Source of the DNA: a virus
IMG/VR virus record: IMGVR_UViG_3300014720_000019
Span: 1 to 64,000 of that record
Length of the DNA: 64,000 nucleotides
Reading direction: 5' to 3' (one strand)
In this document: positions 37,870 through 46,804 of the stretch, piece by piece
How the letters are laid out: each line of letters opens with the position of its first letter
How positions within the stretch are numbered: position 1 is the stretch's first letter
The notes under the pieces: generated by a model
What the model was told of the DNA's origin: nothing
Seen by the model: only the letters and a program-made list of their open reading frames with translations
Databases searched by the model: none
Position numbers and translations under genes: made by a program

Positions 37870-38009
37870 CAGGAATCATTATTGTGATGTTATCAAATAA
37901 CACGGTATGGCATATTTCACCAGACCCAGCGAACACTGATTATCAGGCGTATCTTGCTTGGGTAGCGGAAGGTAACACCGCTGAAGAATGGAACCCCGAT
38001 GCCGATTGA
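37818..38009 (+). CDS. Small tail-fibre-associated protein
   Basis: PDPANTDYQAYLAWVAEGNT motif typical of genes after phage tail fibres. Confidence 0.75.
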   Translation: MTTFYHLPVIDKYTGAHSGIIIVMLSNNTVWHISPDPANTDYQAYLAWVAEGNTAEEWNPDAD

Positions 38010-38076
38010 ACAGATTGTCGCTAAGTACGTTCCTGAAGACCGTACATTTCGTAACGCATGGGAGTATACCGAATGA
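37999..38076 (+). pseudogene. Internally deleted remnant of a tail-associated gene
   Basis: MPIEQIVAKYVPEDRTFRNAWEYTE; DRTFRNAWE ending usually found on a longer protein; ATGA-coupled to next gene. Confidence 0.5.
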
Positions 38077-38303
38077 TTACAATTAACCTAGACAAGGCAA
38101 AGCTTATCGCCCATGATAAGCGACGTGCTGCTCGTGCTGAAGAATTTAAGCCTTATGATGAGGCGATCGCCAAAAGGCTTCCAGACAAAGATGTGAGTGA
38201 CGCTGAGAGCGCACGGCTAGCGATTCGGGCTAAGTATGCCGCGCTTCAAATCCAAATGGATGAGGCGCAAAATGTTGATGAATTAAAGGAGTTGCTGCCA
38301 TAA
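38073..38303 (+). CDS. Tail-fibre-associated/assembly protein
   Basis: MITINLDKAKLIAHDKRRAARAEEF...; start moved from 38058 to ATG 38073 (ATGA overlap). Confidence 0.75.
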   Translation: MITINLDKAKLIAHDKRRAARAEEFKPYDEAIAKRLPDKDVSDAESARLAIRAKYAALQIQMDEAQNVDELKELLP

Positions 38304-38592
38304 CCATATAACCCCTATAAACGGAGGAAACCCTAATCAAGCAATACAAATAAAATCTCAAGATGTATCAAGTCAATGGACTACAGGTGGGGCTACAAAT
38401 ATTTCTGTTTTAGTAGCCCCACCTACAGGTGTATTTTCTCATTTCAGCAATAGTATCCAAAGAACTATAAACGCTACCAATATTACTGATGGGGGGTGGG
38501 GGTATTAACACTAGGTAGATTAGCTGTTTATAGGGAGCCTATAGATGATAGATTTTGTGAACTTATTGTAACTTAATAAAAAATCATAATTT

Positions 38593-38623
38593 AAAGAGGT
38601 TATATAATTATATAACCTCTTTT
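38593..38623. terminator. Terminator hairpin between convergent genes
   Basis: aaagaggttatataattatataacctcttttt. Confidence 0.7.
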
Positions 38624-39024
38624 TAATCTCTAGTCATATGTAATAAATTAACCTGCTTTCTTCTAAATCCTTGATACCAGTCTCTAAAGAGCATATGCTT
38701 ACAAGGATTAAATCTATCAGCACAACTGCAACTATTACCATTTACAAAGTATGTATCACCCTTATTATTACTAACAACAAACGTGTCATCTAATGCATTA
38801 ACCACAATATATCCCTCACTTATTAGTTGACCAGCAATAGTATTTCTAATAACATCCTGTGCATTGTCAATAGGAGGAACTTTATGTATTTTATTATTAA
38901 CCTCATAGAACAAAAAGCCTTTATCCTCCCCTTCAACTTTAATTTGTACATTCTTAATATAACCATCTCTAATAACTTTACAGATATAGTCATTAATAGC
39001 CAAGAATAACATTGGGTTTTTCAT
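38623..39024 (-). CDS. SWIM zinc-finger protein
   Basis: CSCADRFNPCKH. Confidence 0.8.
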   Translation of the reverse strand: MKNPMLFLAINDYICKVIRDGYIKNVQIKVEGEDKGFLFYEVNNKIHKVPPIDNAQDVIRNTIAGQLISEGYIVVNALDDTFVVSNNKGDTYFVNGNSCSCADRFNPCKHMLFRDWYQGFRRKQVNLLHMTRD

Positions 39025-39587
39025 TAAACGCCTTCTGGTATATTACTAATAAAATCATCATACAACATTAACATACTTGCTATTATGTCATTATTAAAGT
39101 CAGAGATACATATAGAATGTTCAAATACAGACTGACTACCAAACTTAATAGTAGTATAATCAGATATAACACTACGGTTCAATGCATCTTTTATAATTAC
39201 ATCATATCTAATATTATAATTTTGCATTAAAGTATTTAGATTAAAATCATAAATACCACAGTGTAGATTAACTTTGGCGATCTTTAATTTATTAAAAATC
39301 TTCTTATTAACTCTATTAGAGATATAACTATGTCTATTATTTAATGTACCTAATTTATATTTATCAATAATATTTACAATGTATGTATATATAAATATAA
39401 GACTCATATTATTAAAGGACTTTGTATTGTATTCGTCTTTAGTACTTATAATAATATTGCTAGTATCTCTGACACCATCAATCCCAAATAAATAGTATAT
39501 AAATGCTTTTGAATATAAACTATCAACAAAATTATAACAATTAATTGAAGACAAAAAATCAATTTCCCATCTATTTATATTTTCCAT
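39024..39587 (-). CDS. Hypothetical protein (very AT-rich)
   Basis: 187-aa ORF. Confidence 0.7.
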   Translation of the reverse strand: MENINRWEIDFLSSINCYNFVDSLYSKAFIYYLFGIDGVRDTSNIIISTKDEYNTKSFNNMSLIFIYTYIVNIIDKYKLGTLNNRHSYISNRVNKKIFNKLKIAKVNLHCGIYDFNLNTLMQNYNIRYDVIIKDALNRSVISDYTTIKFGSQSVFEHSICISDFNNDIIASMLMLYDDFISNIPEGV

Positions 39588-39589
39588 AT

Positions 39590-40174
39590 CTATTCAAACT
39601 CATTAGGCATAAGATCAACAAACCAATCATATATAATGAATAAATTGCCAAGTAAATCATTAAAGTTTTCAATGTTGTATATTCTATTAAACCCACCAAC
39701 TTTAACCTTATAGTTAAAGTTAATTTTATAGGCTAATGTTTTAGACATATCACCATCAAAGATAATAAATCTTTTTATTAGTTTCTTTTGTAGGGGATTA
39801 AGTGTATATACAACCTCAAACGTTTTAATGTTAGATTTTGGTCCTCCTTTGTATAACCTATTAACATTATCAATGTTGATATGCTTACTAGGAATATTAA
39901 TTAAATGAGAGGGATTAAACAAATGTAAAAGCAAATTAGCCGTTTCAAATATAGTCAATAGAAATAAACTATCATCAATTGGAGAGTTACTATCCCAAGG
40001 AAAGAACAACTCTCTTATAAATACATACCTATAATCTCCAGTAAATATATCATCATTAACAGTCTTTGACATTAGAAAGGCTTCTTGCTTATCACTTAAC
40101 AGGTACAATTCTTTATTAGGGGTTCTACTAAGATCCATTATATGTTTACCCATGTAACTAACTTTTAAATACAA
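39590..40174 (-). CDS. Hypothetical protein (very AT-rich)
   Basis: 194-aa ORF; start uncertain. Confidence 0.7.
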   Translation of the reverse strand: MYLKVSYMGKHIMDLSRTPNKELYLLSDKQEAFLMSKTVNDDIFTGDYRYVFIRELFFPWDSNSPIDDSLFLLTIFETANLLLHLFNPSHLINIPSKHINIDNVNRLYKGGPKSNIKTFEVVYTLNPLQKKLIKRFIIFDGDMSKTLAYKINFNYKVKVGGFNRIYNIENFNDLLGNLFIIYDWFVDLMPNEFE

Positions 40175-40181
40175 AAAAAAT

Positions 40182-40206
40182 ATAAGGGGCTAACTAAAGC
40201 CCCTTA
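40182..40206 (-). terminator. Terminator after dps
   Basis: ataaggggctaactaaagccccttat with T-run on minus strand. Confidence 0.7.
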
Positions 40207-40236
40207 TTAACTAATAAAATATTATTCACACAATGT

Positions 40237-40725
40237 CTAAATATTACTTTGATTCAAATATATTAACTTATCAATAACGGCACAATGCTCCTGTAATATG
40301 TTACTTGTTGTTTCATCCATAGAGCTAAGTTCTGTTATAACTGAGTATAAATAACTTCTAATAGTTCTTAGGCAATACAGAACAATATTCAAGTTACCAT
40401 TTAAATCATTAGTAATAGACGCTGCATCCTTTAACAACGTATTAGCAGATGCAAACTTTAGATTAGCTCTAGCAGGAGCCCCAAATGCTCTTATTCTTTC
40501 ACCCAAAGGATCAATTAAATTATTAATAGTTCCTAATGTATCATCAAAGAGCTCATGCATACTAATAAAGCCTTTACCCTCACTATTCCAATGCGCCTCT
40601 AATATTTGTCCATGAGCATCAATATAAGTTGCTATTAAAACATATAGTATAGATACAACTTTAGCCTTAACATCATCTGATAAAGGGTGTTGCTTTGTAA
40701 ATGTTATATTTAGTGTTTCTTCCAT
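40237..40725 (-). CDS. dps: Dps/ferritin-like DNA protection protein
   Basis: AHWNSEGKGFISMHELFDD and DPLGERIRAFG signatures. Confidence 0.88.
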   Translation of the reverse strand: MEETLNITFTKQHPLSDDVKAKVVSILYVLIATYIDAHGQILEAHWNSEGKGFISMHELFDDTLGTINNLIDPLGERIRAFGAPARANLKFASANTLLKDAASITNDLNGNLNIVLYCLRTIRSYLYSVITELSSMDETTSNILQEHCAVIDKLIYLNQSNI

Positions 40726-40876
40726 TGTTATTTACTACTATTATTTGTATACTGTATTAATTATATACGTATATACAAAACAATATATGTTCATATATAG
40801 TATATAAATGCCTACAAATATATATTAAATAATAATAGTATTAATCCTATAAAATGTAATACAACATATCTAAGTA

Positions 40877-42133
40877 ATGCAGTATCCTGTATTAAACAAA
40901 GACTCAATTGCAGCTAACATAACAGAGACAAAAGCAAAGATACCTTTACTTATTAAGGGTAATTGGCATGTACCTGGTTTTGGCTTAATGTCTGTTACTG
41001 ATGAGTATATTGATACTTTAACTGATAACTTCAAACAAGATGTACTAGGATTTAAACCCTATGCAACATTAGGTCATCCAACTGACTCACCTGATCCAGC
41101 ATCAATTGATGGAGAGAGAAAAAGAGGAGACTTAGAAGATCTAGTTAAAGAAGGAGAGATTTTATATGGCATATACAATATTAATAAAGAGACATATGAT
41201 CTACTTAGAAATGGTGATTATGAATATAGCTCTCCTGAGATTCAACAAAACTTTAAGGATAAACAGACAGGCAAAGTAATAGGACCAACCCTCCTAAGAA
41301 CCGCTCTAACAAACGCCCCTTTTATGCCATTTGGTGATAGTAAAGCAGTACTTTTATCACAGAAGGGAAATGAGACAATTCTTCCTTCAATGTTTATAAA
41401 ATTATCAACAACTATTGATCAAGAGCAAATAGAAACTTCAGTTGAAGATACAATTAAAGAACCCATAACTGAAGCATTAGTAGAAGAAACATTAATACCC
41501 CTAACAACAATAGAAACAAAGATGACCTTACAAGAAGAAGTAAAAGCTCCTGAGAGCTCTAAAAATGAATCTACTTCTATTGACTTAGAAGCCATTCTAA
41601 ACAGAGTAGTAGAATCACAACAAAAGACGATTGCAAGCACCATTGAAGCAGTAACAACTAAGTTCAATGAAAGCTTAGAAGCTATTAACGCTAAGACCAC
41701 AGAAGCAGTAACAGCAGCTTTAACTAAAGTAGATGAGCTATCTAGTAAAGTAGAAGGACTAGCAACAAAAGCACAGGAAATTGATAAGACTAGTCAATTT
41801 ATTACTGCGTTATCTTCTAGTGAAAAGGCTAAAGAGCTAAACTACAAACTTAACTCATTATTTGAGACACAGAGAGTAAGTCCTGCTGCTATTTCATTAG
41901 CAAAGTCTATTGTTACTAGCACGGATGCTAACTCTGTTGTTAAACTATCTAGCAAAGCAGGTGATAAGGAGTTATCCTTAGAAGACTCTATCATTGAACT
42001 AGTAAAACTAAGTGCTAATATCATGCCAGAAGTTGAACAAACTGGTGCTACTGGTGAGGCCAAAAAAGAATCCTACATTAATAGTTTGATTCAGTCTAAC
42101 CTAGAAAAAGTAAAAGCAAAAGCCAGTAAATAA
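40877..42133 (+). CDS. Prohead protease/scaffold (Mu I-like)
   Basis: LGH, YEYSSPEI, GPTLLRTALTNAPF; helical C-terminal scaffold; directly before capsid gene. Confidence 0.85.
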   Translation: MQYPVLNKDSIAANITETKAKIPLLIKGNWHVPGFGLMSVTDEYIDTLTDNFKQDVLGFKPYATLGHPTDSPDPASIDGERKRGDLEDLVKEGEILYGIYNINKETYDLLRNGDYEYSSPEIQQNFKDKQTGKVIGPTLLRTALTNAPFMPFGDSKAVLLSQKGNETILPSMFIKLSTTIDQEQIETSVEDTIKEPITEALVEETLIPLTTIETKMTLQEEVKAPESSKNESTSIDLEAILNRVVESQQKTIASTIEAVTTKFNESLEAINAKTTEAVTAALTKVDELSSKVEGLATKAQEIDKTSQFITALSSSEKAKELNYKLNSLFETQRVSPAAISLAKSIVTSTDANSVVKLSSKAGDKELSLEDSIIELVKLSANIMPEVEQTGATGEAKKESYINSLIQSNLEKVKAKASK

Positions 42134-42177
42134 TAACAAATAATATATAAATCAAATAATAAAGAGAACAAATAATA

Positions 42178-43497
42178 ATGGCATTACAACAAGTTCCATC
42201 TTTTAACATGGATGCATATGCATCCCCTTGGGAGACAGTCAGTACTAGCGAGAAGCCAGGTGTACCTTCATACCTAGAACTAGCTAAGTCTTTTCTTCCT
42301 TTGGTAGGATCAACCCCCCTTAAAGAGTTGTTTCCCGATCAAACTATTAAGCAACCAATTGTTGCTATAGAGCAGCGCTTTGAAACTAGTGGCACCTTGT
42401 TCACACCTGTCAAGTTTGGTGAGCCTGATCAACTACTTGGCATTGCACAATACACCACTCAAAGACGTTATGTTCAACCCTTATATATGAGAGGATCTCA
42501 TTATATTAGTTGGGGTGATGTTAATATGAGAATCAAAGATGACACCTTAAACGACTTTGAAGATCCACAAGCATATGTTGCTAGACAAGTTGAGAAGCTA
42601 GTAGAAGCACATAACTTGACATGGGACGTATATAGAGGTCTAACACTATTAGGTGGTATTAACTACACTGATCCTAGAAGTGGTCAAGCAGTACAAGTTA
42701 GCTCTCAAATCCCTGCTCACAACTTCTGGTCTTACAACAATGTTAGTGGCTATAGAGGTAGAAATGAGGCCAATCTATTCAGAGGATTGATTGACTATAA
42801 TACTCCTCAAGCCTCTACTAGTGGTGTTCCTTGGACTGAACCAGACGCTGCAATTGTATCCTGCATTCAGAAGTTTGTTTATTGGTTTAAAACCACTAAT
42901 AAGACCAAAGTAACCGCCATGTATATTCATCCTGATCTTAAGATGATCATCAGTGAAAACAATGAGATCAAGATGCAAACTGGGGGCCTTATTCCTAGAT
43001 TAGGCGCTAAAACAGGTGACAAGCAAGTATTGATTAATAACACTGGTGGCGGCTACCAAATTGAATCTGATGTACTAAGTGCTAATATGGTAGGTTCTAT
43101 TGGTGTCGGTCCAGAAGGTATTGTATCAATTGCTGGTATTCCTATCAGAACCGTTGAAACTTGGTATAGAGATCCAGTTGATGGTGTCAGAAAGTATCTA
43201 TGGCCTAGAAACAAGGTTGTATTTGTATCTGAAGCTGCACCTAATGGTAGCTATGAAGCACCTGGCAGAACTCAATATTGTGTATCAGAAGAAAGCGGTG
43301 GTGAGCCTGGATTGTGGATGAGAGAACAAAGAGATACTCCTATTCCTTCTGCGCCTGGTATGTATGTACAAATGGGCAATGCTGGTCTACCTTATCTCCT
43401 ATATCCTCATAGAGTTGCTCACATGAAGGTAGCTGAAATTCAAGATATTAATACTAGAATTGGGGTCCTTGGGGACTTGCAATATGGAAGTTTGTAA
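42178..43497 (+). CDS. Major capsid protein
   Basis: 439 aa, strongly biased codons, after protease; capsid-E-like C-terminal motifs. Confidence 0.85.
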   Translation: MALQQVPSFNMDAYASPWETVSTSEKPGVPSYLELAKSFLPLVGSTPLKELFPDQTIKQPIVAIEQRFETSGTLFTPVKFGEPDQLLGIAQYTTQRRYVQPLYMRGSHYISWGDVNMRIKDDTLNDFEDPQAYVARQVEKLVEAHNLTWDVYRGLTLLGGINYTDPRSGQAVQVSSQIPAHNFWSYNNVSGYRGRNEANLFRGLIDYNTPQASTSGVPWTEPDAAIVSCIQKFVYWFKTTNKTKVTAMYIHPDLKMIISENNEIKMQTGGLIPRLGAKTGDKQVLINNTGGGYQIESDVLSANMVGSIGVGPEGIVSIAGIPIRTVETWYRDPVDGVRKYLWPRNKVVFVSEAAPNGSYEAPGRTQYCVSEESGGEPGLWMREQRDTPIPSAPGMYVQMGNAGLPYLLYPHRVAHMKVAEIQDINTRIGVLGDLQYGSL

Positions 43498-43531
43498 GAG
43501 CACCAATTAATTAAATAAACTTTATATTAAT

Positions 43532-43565
43532 AAAAAGAGGCTAGATTATTTTCTAGCCTCTTTTT
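43532..43565. terminator. Bidirectional terminator after capsid gene
   Basis: aaaaagaggctaga...tctagcctcttttt. Confidence 0.8.
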
Positions 43566-43570
43566 ATTAT

Positions 43571-44479
43571 TTATTTAATCTTAATTTTATATCCAGACCA
43601 ACCTTTATAATAAGAACCCTTTTCAATTAAATCATGAATAGATTGCTTACTTATATTATTATCTTTACAAAATGTAGTAAGATCCCTAAATATATACTCA
43701 TTACCACTATTATCTTTTATATGATACTCAAATAATCTCCCCCTTTTTGGGCCATTTTTAGCAGTCTCACTTATTATTATATCTTTATCTTTATTTATAT
43801 CAACTTTATATCCAGACCAACCTTTATAAAAAGTACCTTTATTAATCATATTACCTAAATGAGTCCTACTTAAATTGTGTAGATTACAAAACTCAGTTAA
43901 GTTATTAAATACATATTGATTACCTTCTAAGTCAGTTACATGATACTCAAACTCTATTCTTGTTCCAAGTCTTTTAATATCATGTTTAGCCTCTTTAAGA
44001 GGTATTTTTCTAACTGCTTTAGAAGGTTTATTAGTTCTACTTGTAATTAGTCTTTGTTTATCTTCGTCACTCATTTTTCTACCTTTAGCAGCCTCACTAA
44101 TTTTCTTTCTAGCCTCTTCACTATGAGTTTTACCAGACATATAATTTGTACTAGCAGAAGGATTAATATTATAACCATAGTCCCTATCCCAACTCTTATA
44201 ATAGTCCATCCAATATTGTTCTCTTGCTGTTAACAGAGCAATATTATCAGACCCATCTTCTAACTTTGGCACCACCTCTAACACTTCAAATATAAAGTCC
44301 TCTTCACCATATTTATTGAAGGCCTTCTGAAGATAATCATTATCATGTTGATTCCTTCTTAGATTTAGTAGGTGGTCCCCTTTTCTACCATTAAGATATA
44401 CTGTTTGACCAATATATCTTTTACCTGTTGTTTTATTGGTTATAGAGTATATACCAGCTACCTTATTTCTTGTTCTCAT
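43571..44479 (-). CDS. GIY-YIG homing endonuclease with NUMOD3 and duplicated C-terminal DNA-binding repeat
   Basis: AGIYSITNKTTGKRYIGQT, HSEEARKKISEA, two ...FC...KGWSGYK repeats. Confidence 0.92.
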   Translation of the reverse strand: MRTRNKVAGIYSITNKTTGKRYIGQTVYLNGRKGDHLLNLRRNQHDNDYLQKAFNKYGEEDFIFEVLEVVPKLEDGSDNIALLTAREQYWMDYYKSWDRDYGYNINPSASTNYMSGKTHSEEARKKISEAAKGRKMSDEDKQRLITSRTNKPSKAVRKIPLKEAKHDIKRLGTRIEFEYHVTDLEGNQYVFNNLTEFCNLHNLSRTHLGNMINKGTFYKGWSGYKVDINKDKDIIISETAKNGPKRGRLFEYHIKDNSGNEYIFRDLTTFCKDNNISKQSIHDLIEKGSYYKGWSGYKIKIK

Positions 44480-44523
44480 ACATTGTTATAAGTATAAATA
44501 TAAACACTTAAACAACAGATTAA

Positions 44524-44799
44524 TCATCTCCAACTAATATTAAGACTAAACACATCTTTATATATAACTACATACCCATTTTTACTTAGCTCTTTCTCTA
44601 TATATTCAACATTAGATATAAAGGGTATAACAACATCTGTATAACCATTAGTAGCTCTTTGTCTAATCATATCAGCAACCTTTTGTAACTCTTCATCCCT
44701 ATCAACATTATTGGCCAACCTATTAGCCTCTTTAGCATTTAATAATGGCAATACAACTTGCTCTTTATTCTGTGTATTATTCTGTGGTTTAGTGTTCAT
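44524..44799 (-). CDS. Hypothetical protein
   Basis: 91-aa ORF. Confidence 0.7.
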   Translation of the reverse strand: MNTKPQNNTQNKEQVVLPLLNAKEANRLANNVDRDEELQKVADMIRQRATNGYTDVVIPFISNVEYIEKELSKNGYVVIYKDVFSLNISWR

Positions 44800-44932
44800 A
44801 TAACTCCTATATACGTGCCTACTTTGTTATTTAAAGGCCTACATTATATATGACATTGTATTATATATTTATAGACAAAATAAGGTAAGTAGAATAACTT
44901 ACTAGACAAATAATAAGAGAGAAATAATAATA

Positions 44933-46087
44933 ATGGGATTGTATCAAGTTAATCAAGTCCTTAAAGGCGCTAGAAATAGTGGTGGTCTAAAGACTTATAA
45001 TCAAGCATCAGTAGTAGAGAAGCCAGTAGCAGCTATCTCTGGTACAACTATTACATTTACTGGAGGCAACCTTGAAGTAGAAGGTAAGTTGTATGGACTA
45101 TCCACCTTTGACTTTGCACCTTTTGCTGCATTGTTAAAAGCATCAACAACCTATGTACTAAGTGCTGTTCCTTCCTTTGTTGAACCTGCTGATAAGACAG
45201 CCGCACAAACTGCTGGTGTTAACTACACAGTTAGCCAAACTAGTCTTGGTGAGTCAGTATTAGCTTACTTCTTAAATCCTGCTGCTGAGACTCAAATTAA
45301 TGCGTTAGGTGGCTATTTAGCAGTAACTGAAAGAGTACAAGCTGGCACTGCAACTGAAGCAGATTTTAGAGCATTTTCTTTCTACTCCAGTGAAAGAGAC
45401 AAGCTAGCAGATCCTAGATACACTGGTCAAAGATTACCTATTAGTGGTTTGAAGTATGTACTAACAGAAGTAACACCACAAGATAACTCTAGTAAGGCTA
45501 ATGCTCTAGCAACCTTCACAGCTAATGACTTTGCTAAGTTTAGAGCAACCCAAGGTGACATTCCTGCTGAGTTAAAAGTACTAGCAACTGCTGCTGCTGT
45601 TACCGCATATGAGACACCTGGCAAGACATTCTTGTGTAAGAGAATCTTTGGCTATACATCATTAAACAATGCTAATGCTAATATTGGTGGTGTTGAAGTT
45701 GGCGTATATAACATTACAACTGGTGCATTGTTACCTACTCCTTTCACCAATCCAACTGACATTATTACTGGTGCAGCATTGTCTGGTTTAACACACTTTG
45801 TAGTGTATGAGTTCTACTACCCATCATACATTGAACCTGGTAATGAGGGCTTCAAAGATAGACCTTTAAATATCCTCTCTGTAAGAGAAGCAAGTGGTCT
45901 TGGTAGAATCAATCCAATCTACTTAGATAATCCTTTCAACATTCAAAGATCCGCTCTAATGCAAGCTAAAGCTAGACCATCTTTAACTCTATATAACAAC
46001 CCTTGTGATCTTGTTAAAGTTACAGTTTCTAGCTTAGGTCCAGTAGTTCTTAGCAATCTTGTTCCTGTTTATGATACACTTATCTAA
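44933..46087 (+). CDS. Virion structural protein (head decoration candidate)
   Basis: 384 aa, capsid-like codon bias, position after capsid gene. Confidence 0.6.
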   Translation: MGLYQVNQVLKGARNSGGLKTYNQASVVEKPVAAISGTTITFTGGNLEVEGKLYGLSTFDFAPFAALLKASTTYVLSAVPSFVEPADKTAAQTAGVNYTVSQTSLGESVLAYFLNPAAETQINALGGYLAVTERVQAGTATEADFRAFSFYSSERDKLADPRYTGQRLPISGLKYVLTEVTPQDNSSKANALATFTANDFAKFRATQGDIPAELKVLATAAAVTAYETPGKTFLCKRIFGYTSLNNANANIGGVEVGVYNITTGALLPTPFTNPTDIITGAALSGLTHFVVYEFYYPSYIEPGNEGFKDRPLNILSVREASGLGRINPIYLDNPFNIQRSALMQAKARPSLTLYNNPCDLVKVTVSSLGPVVLSNLVPVYDTLI

Positions 46088-46123
46088 TTAAGTAGATAAC
46101 TAACAAAGGTATAAAAACAAGAC

Positions 46124-46801
46124 ATGTTTGATCCAACTATTAGAGTAAGAGTTATAGCTGATTTCAAATACAAAGATATGTACTACTTAACTGCTGGTAC
46201 ATATCTTAGTTTTGATCTATATGACAGCACAAAGATTGCTGAGCTAATCAGTCTATATAACCCACAGTATGAATATAGGGAGCACATTGAGTTACCAGCA
46301 AGAGACAGTCTTCCTTATCATGTTAAGAATCAGTTAGAAGAGACCTACACCTCTAACAAACCAGCAGACGCTAATGAGTATCTACCAAAGAGTGACGTGC
46401 CATTCTATGAAGTAGGTGGTGAAACCTTCTCACCTTATGGCATATCACCATATGAAGAAGACAAGCCAGTTGTAGCCCTTGCTGATAACACATATGAGCC
46501 AGAAGTAACAGAGCCTAAGTTCCCTGAGATTCAGCCTTCAGTATTAGAGGGAAAAGTAGTAATCAAAGAAGAAGTAACTGAATCTACTGACGTTGCAAAA
46601 GACTATGAATATGTAATAGAAGAAGCACCTAAACAAGCTTACAGTGAACTAACAACCGTTATATTAAATTCAACAGAGGATGAGTTAGAGGCTAGATCAG
46701 CCTCTGACATTAAAAAGGCAGTATTAGAATTTGATCCAAGTTATGACTATACAAATAAGAAAGAAGCTATCAAGTACATCTTATCTAGAACAGAACAATA
46801 A
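46124..46801 (+). CDS. Acidic head-associated protein with C-terminal HeH-like motif
   Basis: Ends SASDIKKAVLEFDPSYDYTNKKEAIKYIL. Confidence 0.55.
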   Translation: MFDPTIRVRVIADFKYKDMYYLTAGTYLSFDLYDSTKIAELISLYNPQYEYREHIELPARDSLPYHVKNQLEETYTSNKPADANEYLPKSDVPFYEVGGETFSPYGISPYEEDKPVVALADNTYEPEVTEPKFPEIQPSVLEGKVVIKEEVTESTDVAKDYEYVIEEAPKQAYSELTTVILNSTEDELEARSASDIKKAVLEFDPSYDYTNKKEAIKYILSRTEQ

Positions 46802-46804
46802 CAA

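Noticed and set aside
43498-44932. Group I intron housing the GIY-YIG gene
   Set aside because: Capsid gene ends normally with a terminator; endonuclease is antisense and no interrupted host gene is evident
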